Source: Stegostoma tigrinum (lineage: Eukaryota). Taken from it: a stretch of 64,000 nt of DNA. A program made the translations under genes and the position numbers. Position 1 is the stretch's first letter; each line of letters opens with the position of its first letter. The stretch spans positions 3,658,001-3,722,000 of the forward strand of contig NC_081396.1 in NCBI RefSeq assembly GCF_030684315.1, given 5' to 3'. Shown here in pieces: positions 1-13,569 of the stretch. The notes beneath the pieces were generated by a model. It made no database searches. It was given only the letters and a program-made list of their open reading frames with translations, and was not told the origin of the DNA.

Positions 1-1322
1 TTCTCTTTTTTGAATTTGCATGTGTGTAATGGTTGTATGTAGGAAAGTTGATCATTAATCTCTTGTCATGATATAAGGTTCAATTTTAAGGATTAAATGG
101 TAATTTGACAAAATTACGAAAATGCCGGAAATAATTATCTAGCTTTTAGTGCTCCAGCCAGACCATGACATCAGATCTAGCCGAAGAAAATCTTCATTGT
201 TTGGTGTTTTGAAACAGCCGGCTTCATAAGAAATTTGTATTACATGCGTAGCTGCTGCGTAAGTAAAATATAACGAGTGTAGAAAGGTTCAGTGCATATA
301 GAACAGGCAGTTTCCAGACTCTGAGAACGTTTCCTTTTTTTGACGCTGAATTGTTTCTTGTGCCCCATATGTCTCAATGTATCTGTATTCTTGAGTGAAT
401 GTGATACTTGTGGCTGATTAACATTTAATTGGACATGTTTTGTCGAAACTTATTCATTGGGAACTCATGGTCTACCGACGTTGGATGCCTTGTCGTTTTA
501 GGCAGAATCGAGTGAACTTTTAACTCCATTGTGTGTCTTTAGCAGCTTTCTTGTCAAACAATGGTCGTGATGTTTTTATAAAGGCTGTGACCTTTTGTGT
601 ATCAGAGGAAACATTGATGGCCTCCTTGCACTTTCATTCTGCCTGCAGATTATTCTATCAGACATATCGAGTGAAAGATGAGTTTACATTAATGGGCCAC
701 AAGTTAGAGAAGCATTAACTGAAATGAATTCATGAAACGAAATCTGACATAAGTGTGTAGCATTTGATTGGAATCGAATCTAGGCGGACAAACTTGGGAA
801 AATATATCATTACTGTTGGCCCTTGAAGTAAGAATTAAACAATTTCAAGTTTCATACATATTCATTCCACATTTCTTTACCGTTTCAGACAGCATTTTTA
901 TCGAAACGTTTCTGTTAAAATTACCAAAAAATAACATAATTACCCGATGCCACATTGAGATGATAATGCATGACCTCTGAGCTCTGAATTTTATGCTCAT
1001 CGGTAACATTAACCAGAAGAAGAAAATACGGGGTCAACATAAAGGACAGACATCAATTCGGAACAAGAATAACAAGAAAAACAAGCACAAGTTGACTTCA
1101 AACAACTGAAAACCTACAAATTATTGAAAAAAATAGCTATTTCGACAATATGAAACAAGGTAAATTGGAAAACCATTAGAATATTTTCTCAGTTACTCAC
1201 ATAAACTATTTTTTTCCCCTCACTGCTAGTGTCGACAGCTGGAGCGATTATACATTTGGAATTCAGTGGCCTCGATAAACATAAAATTTATTCAAGGAAT
1301 TTCCTTGGGGTCACAAATTCAT

Positions 1323-1331
1323 TCACTTGAC
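1323..1331 (-). pseudogene. TM2 exon paralog (VK*)
   Basis: TTTTTCAG|GTCAAGTGA at the paralogous position. Confidence 0.85.
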
Positions 1332-1470
1332 CTGAAAAAAGAATGTTTAGGTAATGATTTAGATGTTTATGATCAGAACATACAGGTTTTAGTTTTAATT
1401 CAATGACACACATCAAGATTTCACGAGCCACAATGGCCTGGTGATGTGTGAATGATTTCATTCTTCTCAC

Positions 1471-1587
1471 CTGCACCAGCGTGACAGCAGCACGAGAGAA
1501 AATGGTCAGGAAGAAAAAGGTGATGAATGTAGAAGCAGAAGATGTTATCATCCTCAAAGTCTTCAAACCAATTATGATCTTTCAAAT
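1471..1587 (-). pseudogene. Frameshifted TM1 exon paralog
   Basis: 117 nt versus 128 nt in the intact copy (net 11-nt deletion removing the conserved Trp); FYS->FSR; splice sites retained. Confidence 0.9.
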
Positions 1588-4384
1588 CTATGAATTTAAA
1601 ACCAAGATAACGGATTTAGAATGTTCATTTATCCAATCCGATGTATCTTTATCTAAATAATGTAATCAGGGACCATAACACATTCTTCAAACCGTCAGGT
1701 TGTTCTCAAATGTGTTACTTGATCTCTATCTATTATTGTGTTAGTTACTCTCAGCAATAACTTGTTAACACTAATTGCACACGTTCTTCCTTTGTTTTCC
1801 ATGTCTCAACATTTTGACACATTTGTTCATTTAAACTGTTCTGGGAGAACATAATTATTGTGATCATTCCGGACATACTGATTGGGAAAGATGATATTAA
1901 TTCTCTCAATATATTTTCAATACAGGCTTTTACAGCTGTTACGTTGAAAATTGTGGTCATCACTGAAGATGATTTCAAATGTGATTATTCATCTTCTTTA
2001 TTTATATGCGTTCAATTGCTTGAAAAATAAGAAGCAAAACTTAGATCCAGAGCAAGATTTTTTTTCACTGTGAACTTTCCCTTATTTTATTTCAGTCTAT
2101 CACTGACTGTGCATTTTTTTTTTCTTTATTGTTTGGTTCTCTGGTTATCAGGTTCTCTTCCTTCGCACTTGTCCACATTGAAGCTTATGCATGACTGAAT
2201 ATATTCCTGTTGCCTTGTTGCTGGTATGATCATTCACATCTTTGTGCTTGTGGAGGTAAATTGTGTTCATTTCACAATGTGTCAAAATCATTTTTTTTGA
2301 CACATCACTTCATTTGGTGATACCTATATTTATTTTTTCATGACTTTGTGTTTTTTTCTTTTACGTCGTGCTCCGGAAAATGTGTGTTAATGTATCGATT
2401 TCAGATTCTACCAGACTGAAATTATTTTCATGTTTGCACTCCATCAATATGTTAGTTTTTTATGCACCTTCATGTTTTGCTTGATGAGTATATTTAAGTG
2501 ATGATATGGTTTCCTTGGGAATGCATCCTAAACCATCTTCTGATAGGATTTCTTGTGCTGTTGCATCTGAATGTTTACTGATGTTGAGCCATTCCCCTTT
2601 TGTTGCAAATACCCGACTGTGTGTTGAAATATGCACTTCTGTGTCTGCACGTGAGACTCATTAATTGTGTTTAAAAGTGTCCGTGTTTATGCGCTGATCA
2701 TTTATGGTTTAAAAGATGCCACTAAGCTGCCTCTTTTTTCATATGACTATATTTCTTCAAGTGAGGTAATAATGAGATTAAATTTATCTCTGTGATCTTA
2801 TATATGTGCGTGTGAGTGAACCTGTGGGAGGATATGGCTCGGATATTTATATCTGTTTATAATTGCATGTCTGTACGTATGAATATATGAAAGGATATGG
2901 ATTCATGAACATTTGTGTGCTGAAATGTGTCTCTGATTTCAAGTTCATGTGGAGTTACCATTTTTTGTTTGGGTGTGTTTCTTTCCATGCACTGGATGTT
3001 TTTGTGAGAGTCTATGTGACAGCTCATAGATCATATGCAAATATTCCTCTCTGCATGTATGCATATGTGACAGCTTATCTGTATGTGCATTTATATTTGC
3101 ACATATGTATGTCCCTTTAGGCGAAAGCTTGTGGATGTGTGTCTTTAGAGCAATTGTGACTGTCTGTATCTGTGTTTCTTTCTGCTCTAACACAGGCTGT
3201 GTTTTATTTTTCATTATTTTGCAATTTTAATTGATTTGCAATGACTATTTCTGATCCTGATGGTATAGGGAACATTTCTCGTCTGAATTAAAGATAAGCA
3301 CTTTGTGATTGACGCTTGATGCAAAGGCAGAATTTCTGTCTCTGTGATGAAAGACCTGAGATCAAATTTCCACGACTCCAGAGATGTGAAGCAACATTTC
3401 TGTGTATGTTGGATATAAAATATGTCCAAGGTAAGTGAAAGAAGATGACATCCGGTGTTTGTACAGCAGAACTGATACCACGGGTTCAAGGAATTTTAGT
3501 CAAGTCTGTGTAAAATAGCTACACTAATGCTTATTTGGTTTTGTATGATGCGGAATCAATGTTAACAGATGATTAATGGAACAAGCATGTCCAACATACT
3601 TCAAAGGAAGTATGTGGCATGGAAAAATTAACTCATTGTTCAGTCAGGAAGTAACTGTCTGTTCCTGTTCGGTACAAAATCACATAACAGAGGGTGTACA
3701 ACGTGAAAACTTGGAGAGTGGAGTAAGCTGAGAGCTCGTTAATTGTATTCATTTCTCCGTCTGCTTGACAAGAACAAAATTTCTTTTTGTTATCTTTGGT
3801 GTGGAATTGAAGATACATTCTGTCAAGTGGTTCGCTGCTGCAAGATCACTGGACGCCCCAAGATAAAACAGAAAAATTCAAGTCATTCTGAACCCTATAA
3901 AATAAGTTTCCAAGTCAATGCTAACTTGTCAGTGTGTTCCAATAACAAATAATGATAAAATTCTCTGAAGTTGATATTGCCAGTTAATGCAGTGTGGCAG
4001 TTTAACGCTGGCATGAAATTTACAGATATGTCTCATTGAGGACTCATCAAAACAAAGATCATAATTGGTGCTGTTCATTTGTGATGAAATGGGCATTGCA
4101 AAATTTCGTCGCAGTGTGATTTAAGTTGCAGAAGGTAATTTCTAGAATCCTGCAATGAATGAGCATCAGTCTGTCACTGAAAAGGACCAATCTAAGCAGG
4201 GAGCATTAACTGCGCAGGCTAAAGTACTGGAACTGCTAATTGTCGACATTAGCTAGAAGGACAGAATATTATAAAACGTGGGAAATCAATCAATCAATTA
4301 AACGATTGTCTATTTACAGAACAATTGGAGGAAAGGAAACAGTTTGTTATTTTTATTGAATTCTTATGTGTATCCTTGAGACTT

Positions 4385-4723
4385 TCATTGGCATGAATTT
4401 ATGGTGTCCATCAGTGCAAGCGAAATATTCACAAAACTCGGTTTCCCGCTTGATTTATCAACTGTTCTGTTGATGATCTTCAATGGGATCACTTCGTGTC
4501 CCACCACACAGGAGTAAGAAGCACCGCTGGCACACTCCTGCGCAGCAATGGATAATAGGATGTAGAAGAAGAAGGAGGTGTTATCGCTCTCTGTCGTCAC
4601 CTCGGTGTTCATATTGTTAGTCGGATTAACGGGCTTGTCATTGGTTGTCCACTTGACGAAGCTCTCTCGGGGCCTGAAACCTCTCACTAAACAGTTGAGT
4701 GTCTGTGCGGACACTTCTTCTGT
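4385..4723 (-). pseudogene. 5'-truncated Cmu4 + secretory tail of a second, dead IgM cluster
   Basis: Near-identical to 20186-20533 but lacks the exon 5' end and acceptor, has a net 9-nt deletion, a W->C change, and the TM splice donor GT mutated to GG (AGCGGGAAA). Confidence 0.92.
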
Positions 4724-4939
4724 TCGAATGGCCTCTTCTGTGCTGCATTGTTCTATGTTCTGTGTCAGCAACCAGTTGTCAGTTCTGCACAAGGGCCACC
4801 CGTCTGAAAATGTTAAGTCTGCTTTTCTTTTATCACAGATGCTTCCAGACCTGTGGGTTTTTCCAACTGTTTTATTGCTTTCACAGCTCTTTCTTGTTTA
4901 TTTTTCGGAGTAGAAGTACAATTATACGTGAAACGTGAA

Positions 4940-7900
4940 TGAAAGGAAAACCTGAAATGAGAAAAAAAGTTAAGTCTAATGGCAACAATGTAACCAGAGT
5001 CATTCGAAAATACAAAAATAGCCTCTTTGACCATGTCCATTACCAAGGAAATCTGTAGGCATTACTTGGTCTGGCCTTCATGTCACTCCAGACGCACAGT
5101 AAAGTAATTGCCTGCTTTCTGGAGGGGCAGTGGCAAACTCCTGAATGGGTGACTTGGGATAATGACGCATTATTGCCGAGACAGCAATGTCGACATTCCA
5201 TAATTTAATAAAATAAAATATGAACGTGACTAAAACTCAATAAACAATATCAATTAATTTAAATTGCTGTGGCAGGTCCTAATGTCCTTTCAAGCATTTT
5301 TAATGGAAACTCTGACACGAACTTTGAACTATGTTGAGTTCTTGGATATGTTTTGGTCAAAACGGATTAAAGTGTAATGAACTGAATGTTCAAAGTAAAT
5401 CCAATTGCACAGAAGCGTTTACTTAAGTGTGGCTTCAAAATATTCCTGACTGAATTCCTGACTAAAATTAAACTGATAAAATTCGAGCCCACTGTTTGGA
5501 AATAAATGGCATTTGTTGCATTTAATTGTCAAGAAATTTGCATTCATTTCTGCTCACTGTCAACAATCTTAAAATGAACTTGTTTCGATATGAAACTTTC
5601 CGATAAATAACTTCGATCAACTGCATTTGTCTCCATCAGCAGTTCTTTGTAGCTGCTGAAGCGTTTATGTAAATAAATGCAGAAATAGAACTCTCAGAAT
5701 AGATTATTTAGCAACAAAAACACAATTTATCCTTTCCCACAAACACAGCACACTCTTTGAATATGAATAGACGTGAATGTGTTTGAGCACACATTGTTTT
5801 ATGAGTATACAATCAAAGTAATATCAGTTTTCACCGTCAACCAAAACATGCATCTCGAATTGCAAGATACATTGGCACAGCCAATGCTTCTATCTCTGCC
5901 TTTGTATCTCTCTCTTTCGCACTTCTCATCCGATTTTCTCGCCTCCATTCTTTGTTGTGTAACGACGTGTTTTGCTGATCCACCATCGGAAAATGTTTTC
6001 CTCCATAACATGAAGTTGATGTACAACTAACATATCCTCTCAGTCCAAGTAATGCGTCGATATTCGAGTCTCTTGAGGAAGGTTTTCTCGAAAATCTGTC
6101 TTTGTGTATCCAGCAATCTTGAATTGCTTAAAAGGAACGGATGGAGTGGCCTTTAAACAGGATCTAATCTGTCATGTGTTGAGAAGGTGAGGCTTTACTG
6201 TGATAGTGTTGAAATGGCTTTTCATTGTGTCTCATCAGTATTTCTAATAGCTGAAGAATGCTTGATGGCTCAGTGCACTGCACGGTTAATCTATTATTAA
6301 TCTTTCCTGCATATCTCATGGAATGTTGAAAATTAAAGTGAATTGGGTATTTACTCCTTGTCGAGAATGTGGTGTACATGCCCGAGGAGTGTTTGCGTTA
6401 AAGGGAATGTTGAAAGCAATTCGACTCTGCATCTAAGTCAGATTATATTTGACTTGATTGTGTTAATATGAATAAAATAGAGGAATATTTCTTCTCAACA
6501 TACTGTGACCGTGCAATCACTACCAGCATCTGATGCAACAATGTAAACACTTCTTTCACTCCTGCCATTGTTTCCTGGTTTCGCCATGTTTGATATCAGA
6601 AAAAACAGGGACAAATTCCCGCATCAAACTTTTACATTGCAGAGTTCGGTCTTGTGTTTGTAGAGCTACATGATATATGATATGTGTAACATGTGTACAT
6701 TTCATGCCTAAAGGCCAATCGTGTGTGACATAGGTTAGTTTATGTGATTTTGATCTGCCTTTAACCTTATCTCTTAGTTTTGTTTTGTTTGACGGATATT
6801 CAACAACAGTAAAGGTATATAGGTTTAGTTGTTACATTCGAGAAAGGATGCAATCTCACCAAAGTGGGAGAGGGAAGACCAATGGATGATGCTAGGAGGA
6901 GTTTATTTTTCAAGAGGAAGTGAACGTGAAGAGCCTCGTTTGTTCTTGTAAAACATGAAACTCAGGGTAAATATGAAACAGGATTATCATAATTCTCACT
7001 GGCCAACTGAGAGCAAATGTCATTTTTAACGCCAGAAGAATTGGAACCAGAAGTAAGTATTCTTCCGATGGAGATTTTTCTTCCATTCAATGACATCATG
7101 GTTGAACATTTAATCCTCACCTCCACATTTCAGCCTTGACCTCACGTGCATTGATTCCATTACCGATTCAAAATCTGTCCTTTTTGCCCTTGAAAATACA
7201 TAACAAACCAACCACAAATTTCTTCTACGGTAAAGAATTCCGCAGATTCACGATATTTTGGGAGTAGAAATTCTCAACTGCATTAAATTTGTGACCTCGA
7301 ATTCAGAAACCATAACCTTTGCTCCTAAACTCTTTCACAAAAGGAAATAGCATTTCTAAAACAATAACACTCCTGAACACAAAGAAATACATCTTTCAGT
7401 ATGTCAACATTCAATATTCTACATTTTGTTGAGAACAGGCCCTGAAATACTCAACCTTCACTCACAAGACACTCCCCACATCCTCAGGGTCATTCTACTG
7501 AATCACATGTCGATGATCTCGCTTTCGACTGGACCTTCTCTTTGATCTAAGGCCCAAAGCAGGTCCCAACATTCCATCTGTTGTATGACGACTGCTTGTA
7601 TAGTTTTAACAAGGTGTATAGTTTCACAGAAACGTATTATGAGAAGAAAACCTTTCAGGATAACTTATTGCACCGATGAGAGATCCCAATCTAATTGAAT
7701 ACCACTGGTAAGCATTTGGTCCTGATTCCTCTAAATTATTCGCTTTCATTTTGCCATCCAGGTTCGTTGTAAATGTTGTAATTCTATACATCTACATTGC
7801 TTCTTCTGGCAGCCCCTTCCACAGACGCAGCACACTTGACGTGAAAATAAAATTAACCAGTCGATCCTTTGTAAACATTTCCCCTCTCACCTTATTAGAA

Positions 7901-7950
7901 TGATCTCGATTTTCGTACTCACACAAGCCAAAATTATATATATCCTCTCA
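4940..7950. repeat. Segmental duplication B, paralogous to ~60165-63100
   Basis: Collinear anchors such as gtgactaaaactca, ttcatttctgct, ggcttttcattgtgtctca, gagaaaggatgcaatc; offset ~55.2 kb. Confidence 0.88.
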
Positions 7951-8189
7951 GCTCACCCGTCAAACATCTACAGTCGAGAGATAAAAGCCACAGTCTACTC
8001 AGCCCCTCCCATTGTTAAAATCTCCAGTTCCAGAACATGGGATAACTTTGTCAAACATTTTTCAGGAGAACACAGAGTAATTTTATAAATGCACTTCGGA
8101 CAACAGATTAGCTGGTGAGATATGAGGACCCCCAAAAGATTAGCAAGGTGATAGGCCAGAAGAAGGTTGTCAAATTTGGAGGGTTTCAA

Positions 8190-8640
8190 CTAGAGGGAGA
8201 GTCTGATCGGCTGAGACGATCTTCCATGGAGCGTCAGAGGCTGAGGGGTGAACTGACAAAGGTTTATTAAATCATGACGGGCATGGATATAGTGAACAGA
8301 CAAAGTCGTTTCCCCGCTATAGGAGTGTCACAAAACCAAATGACGTAATTTTAAATTGGGAGCACAAAGATTTGGAAGAGACCGAAACAGCAACTCTTAC
8401 CCGCAGAAGTGGTGCACGGACGGAATGATCTGCCGAAGGAAGTGATTGAAGCTGGTGTCATTGAAACATTGAAAATGCATCAGGATGGGGAGATAATGAG
8501 AAGATTTTGTACGGATGTACGCGAAATGCTGGCAAAGAAACCCGATTAATTTAGAATATTTGATCAGCACAGACAAACTGGAGTGAAGTGTCTGCTTCTG
8601 TGTTGTTCATTTCTATCAATCTATGACTTAATACAGTCTC
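8190..8640 (+). mobile_element. CR1-type LINE 3' fragment
   Basis: RRLRGDL-like RT C-terminal remnant and (TTCTAT/CTATGA)-type tail. Confidence 0.7.
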
Positions 8641-8994
8641 TCCTTATAATTCAGAACTTCCATTCCCACAATATACTGATAAATCATTTCTCAAAACTCT
8701 CCAGCCTGATAACATATCCCCTATAATCGGGTGACTAGACAGGATACTGTCCAGCAGTAGAGGACTCATCAGCCTCCCGTAGAAAGTCAATATCGATTTG
8801 CGCCTCCAATATTCAAAAGTCTGAGAAATGAAGGCATGCATGCTTGACGCCTTCTTAACCATTCTGACATCATGTAAAACAAACATCAAAGAATATGTCT
8901 TTCTGCACTAAAATACCACATAAATCACCAGTTTCACGGTCAACAAAATGGCCTAGTTGTTTTACCAAAACACTATACCTTGAATTGAAATTAA

Positions 8995-11900
8995 AAGAAC
9001 ACAGAACATAGAACAGTACAGGACAGTACAGATCCTTCAGCCAATGATGTTGGTGGCGACCCGTTTTCCCATTGAGATCAATCTAGTCTGCACAGCCTAC
9101 ATTTTACTTTCCTGTATATGCACCTATCCAAGAGTCGCTCATAAGTTTCCAGAGTGTCTGACTCCACTGCCACTGTTGGAGGCATATTTTACGTGCTCAC
9201 CACTCTCTATGTGAGAAATTACCTCTGATGTCTTCTCTATCTTCCTCCAATCACCTTACAATTATCCGCCCTCATAATAATTGTTTCCACGTTGGGAAAA
9301 AAAAGTCTCAAACTATCCACTCTATCTATGCATCCCATCATCTTGCACACCTGTAATTAGTCACCTCTCAAACTTCTTTGCTTCCCTGGAAAAAGCCCTA
9401 GCTCCTCAAGCTTTCATCATAAGATATGCCCTTCAGTCCTGGCAGAATCCTGGTCAACCTCCTCTGTACACTCTCTGAAGATTCCACATCTTTCCTGTGA
9501 TGAGGTGGACCAGAACTGAACACAATACTCGAATTGTGGTCCAAACGGTGTTTTAAAGTGCTGCTGCATAATTGAACGGATGTTAAACTCTAGGCCCCTG
9601 CAAAATGAAAGCCAACACATCACACACCTTCTTTACAACTGTATCAAATTTACAACAACTTTTAGGGAACAATGGACATGGACCCCAAGATCCCTCTGTT
9701 CCTCCACACTGTTGAGAATCCTGTCATTATGCCTGCATTCTGCATTTAAATTCTACCTTTCAAAATGAATCACTTCACATTTTACTGGGTTGAATTCCCT
9801 CTACCATTTCTTTGCCCAGCTCTGTATTCTGTCAATGTTCTGTTGCAACATACAACAAAAGCCCTCCATGCTGTCCACAACACACCCACCTTCGTGTCAT
9901 CAGCACACCTATTGACCCACCCTTCCACTGCATCATCCAAGCCATTTGTAAAGATCACAAAGAGCAGGTCACCAAAACGGATCCTTGAGGTATACCACTG
10001 GTCACCGAGCTCCAGGCTGAATACTTTCCATCTACTAAAATCCTCTGTCTTCTGTTGGACAACTAGTTTTGTATCCAAACAGCCAGGTGCTGCTGATTCC
10101 CCTGCCTCCTTACTTTTTGAATGAGCCTACCATTTGGATCATTGCCACATTCCTTGCTAAAATCTATATATACCACATCCAATATTCTACCTTCATCAAT
10201 GTGTTCTTTTCACATCCTCAAAGAATTCAATAAAGCTTTTGAGGCATGGCGTGCCCCTCACATAGTCAGGTTGACCATTTGATATCAAACTGCGATTTTC
10301 CAAATCGCCAAAAATGCTGTCTCTCAGACACTTCTCCAATAAACTGTCTACCACAGAAGAAAGGCTGACCGGTCTGTAATTTCCAGGATTATCCCTATTA
10401 CCTTTGTTGAACAATGGGACAGCGTCTGCCACCCTCCAATAATCTGGTACTGCTCCACTGGGCAGTTATGATGCGAATGTCATTGTCAAAAGGGCAGAAA
10501 TCGCTTCCCCGGCTTGCTGTTATAATCTTGGTTCTATCCCTTCTGCCCCAGGAGACTTATCTGCACTCATGATTTTCGAAAAGTCCAGCACATCGTCCTT
10601 CCTAACATCAAGCTATTCGACCATATTTGCCTGTTTCATGTGATACTCACAAACCTCAACGATCCACTCCATGGTGAATACTGAAGCAAAGTACTCATTA
10701 AGAACCTCCGCCACTTCCAGCTGATTCGATGGACAGGTACACTCCACTATCCCTGAATGGCCCTCCCCTCAATCTGGCTATTGTCTTGTTTGTCATATAA
10801 ACGTAGAAAGCCTTGTTTTTTTTTCGCTTGATCCTAATCGTGAAGGTTCTCTTGCACATGCTTGAAGCTCTCATATGTGCATTCTTCATTTCCTTTTTGG
10901 TTCCCTTGTAGACCTCAAGAGCACGACCCGACTCTTGCTTCCTAAACCATAAGTAATTTATCTGCTTAAAGTCGATTTGCCACTCCTCAGTCCACCATCT
11001 CAATCAATCAAGATATTTTAATAATCTTGGGTTTTGTTTTCACTGTCAACTATAAGACTTATTTTGGTGCCATCCACAAACATACTAATCATGCCTTCTA
11101 TATTTTCATCGAAGTCTTTCACAAAAATGATGAACAAAAGCGGATCTAGCACTGAAACTTATTGCACACTACTGGTGACAGACTTCCATTCTGAAAAAAC
11201 AACGCTCCACTGAAGGGTCTTGACTGGAAACGTCAGCCTTTCAGCTCTTCTTATGCTGCTTGGCCTGCTGTGTTATTCCCGCTATACACCTTGTTATCTC
11301 CACCACCATCTTTTTCTACTGCCATTCAGCGAATTTAACATCAAATTGGCAACCTCACCCTGAATCATAACATAGCTAATAGGTCGACCAAACGGAAACT
11401 TGTCAAAGGATTTATGAAAGTCCAAGACAACACAATCTCCAGCTCTGCCCCGTCAATGCTTTTGGTCACTTCTACAATAAACTGAATCAATATTTTGAGG
11501 CAAGTCTTTCAACACAAATGTCATGATGACTCTCTCTCATCAGTTCTTGCTCTTCCAGATGCATGCAAATCCTATCCCTCAGAATCCAACAACTCACCCA
11601 TTACTGTCTTAAAGCTCACCAGTCTGTGGTTCTCTGGAGTTTCCATCCTGCCTTTCCTATTTAAATAGTAGTACCACATGAGCAACACTCCAGGCATCCT
11701 GCATCTCACCTGTATCTATTTATGGTACGTACATCTCAGTAAGGGGCCCAGAAATCTCTTCCCCAGGTTCCCATAAAGCTCTAGGGAGCACCTCATCATT
11801 TCCCTAGTTTCCTAGTTCCCAAATGTCCATTCCCCACTCCACAGTAAATTGCAACACAAAATATTTTGTCGAACCTTACCAATCTCCTCTGGTTCCACGC

Positions 11901-13330
11901 ATAGACGGCCACGTTGTTCTTTAAGGGTTTCTATTTTTACCTAGTCACAGAATTGTCCTTAATGTAATTACACAAACATTGAGATTCTCATTACTTCCAT
12001 TTACCATTCTGCCGCATGTCCGCATTTGTCCTCCCAAGATGCCTCTCAAGTAAACTTTTACTATAATTATATTCTTCTCAATATACGCTCGATCCAAACT
12101 GTCCATATCTCATAATTGCCCACCTTTATTTGGCTGGAGACTCAAATTCCCTCCTCATCTAGGATTCCCTACACTGTGCAGCCTTACCCTTTTCACAAAC
12201 AGGTAAGGGCTGGATCTGAACTCTCGTTATCTCATCCTTAATGTCCTCAGGCTTCCAAATCATTCCTTTTGAATGTCGTCTCCCAACCAATTTCACAAAG
12301 CTCCTGCCTCAAGCTATCAAAATTAGCCACACTCTAATGTAGAACTTTATTTTTTGAGCAGTTCTCTCGTTTTCCTTAACTGTTTCAAAACTGATAGAAT
12401 TGTGATCACTTGCCCCAAAGTTCTCCACAAAGACTTCCATTAATTGACCACTATTACATCCAGACTGAACGTCAAACTAAATTTCTTCTCCACTTGGTAC
12501 AACCACATATTGAATAAGAACGTCTTCATGTACACAGTGTCAATTTCCTCAACATCCAAGCTCTCAACTGGGTGACAGTCTCATTCTGAGTGCGGAAAGT
12601 TAAAACCCTGTACTATTATGCTACTTTTCTTACAGATACCTGCGATCCACTTACATATTTGCTTCTGATTTTCCCACACACTGTTTGGAGGCCTCTGATA
12701 GAAACACAACAAAATGATCATTTTTCTCTCATTTTAAAATTGAACCAAATGACTTTATTGGCCGGTTTCACAGCAATATCTCCACTTTGTATAGCTGTCA
12801 AGGTCTCCCAAATTAAAAGCGCCACTCCCGCTTCTGTCTTGCTTCCCGTTTTGTCCTTACGAGAGACATACCTCTGGAACATCAACTGCCAGTCCTATCC
12901 TTCTCTGAGGCATTTTGTTCTAATTGAGATCTCCCCATTCATACCTTCAGCCCATCTGAATTCTCTGTCAGTCCTGCTGCTTTCAAATAACTCTGGTTAA
13001 ATTTATCAGTCTTACTTCGTCTCTGTCAATCTCTTGTTGTTTTTGACTCTTAAATTGCTCATATCACCTCCTGCACTGGTCTCAGCCTTACTTTAGTCTT
13101 AGTATTGCCATGGCTCCCACCAATGCCATACATTCCCGTGACTAACTTAAAGCCTCACAAGTAGCGAAAACACATTCCCCCTCAAGTATATTGGTCCTCT
13201 TCCAATTCAGCTTAACCCTTCCCTCTCACACAGGTCACTTGTACCACTGAAGAGATCCCAATGGTCCAAAATGGCGAATCTTGTCCCCTGCAAGACACGG
13301 TCAATCACACAATCATGTGCCCTGTCCTTC
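8995..13330 (-). mobile_element. Composite of decayed CR1-type LINE ORF2 copies
   Basis: ORF fragments KGNRDNPGNYRPVSL, ADDTK, EYCVQFWS; 3' tail at ~9000. Confidence 0.85.
11211..11297 (+). mobile_element. Short Penelope-like terminal-repeat fragment nested in a LINE
   Basis: tgaagggtc..gaaacgtcag..tgctgcttggcctgctgtgtt, flanked by CTCCAC direct repeats; same family as the 16095, 30731, 35830 and 48240 copies. Confidence 0.65.
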
Positions 13331-13569
13331 TATTTCTGCTGTCAAAGTTACAGTCGATACGAAATAAAGGCCAACACTAATTTCGCCATCCTTATGAATG
13401 GCTGTTAATTTAAAAAGTTAGATTTTCTTGTGATTTAAGGACCAGCACACGCAAATGTGTTGTGTTGATTTCTGAATTCATTTCATATTTCAATAATATT
13501 TTGCCACTCTGTTTTAGCTCTCAAACTGCATTAGCTCACTTTTTCCATCTATTCTCAGTTATTTCATCT

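Larger units (their letters stand above)
632..4723. repeat. Segmental duplication A, paralogous to ~16203-20533
   Basis: Collinear by eye throughout (e.g. gacatatcgagtgaaag / gacatattgagtgaaag), roughly 75-85% identity. Confidence 0.92.

Noticed and set aside
4385-4792. 135-aa ORF as a standalone single-domain secreted Ig protein
   Set aside because: Starts at TTG in antisense repeat sequence, has no signal peptide or acceptor, and the domain's first strand is missing.
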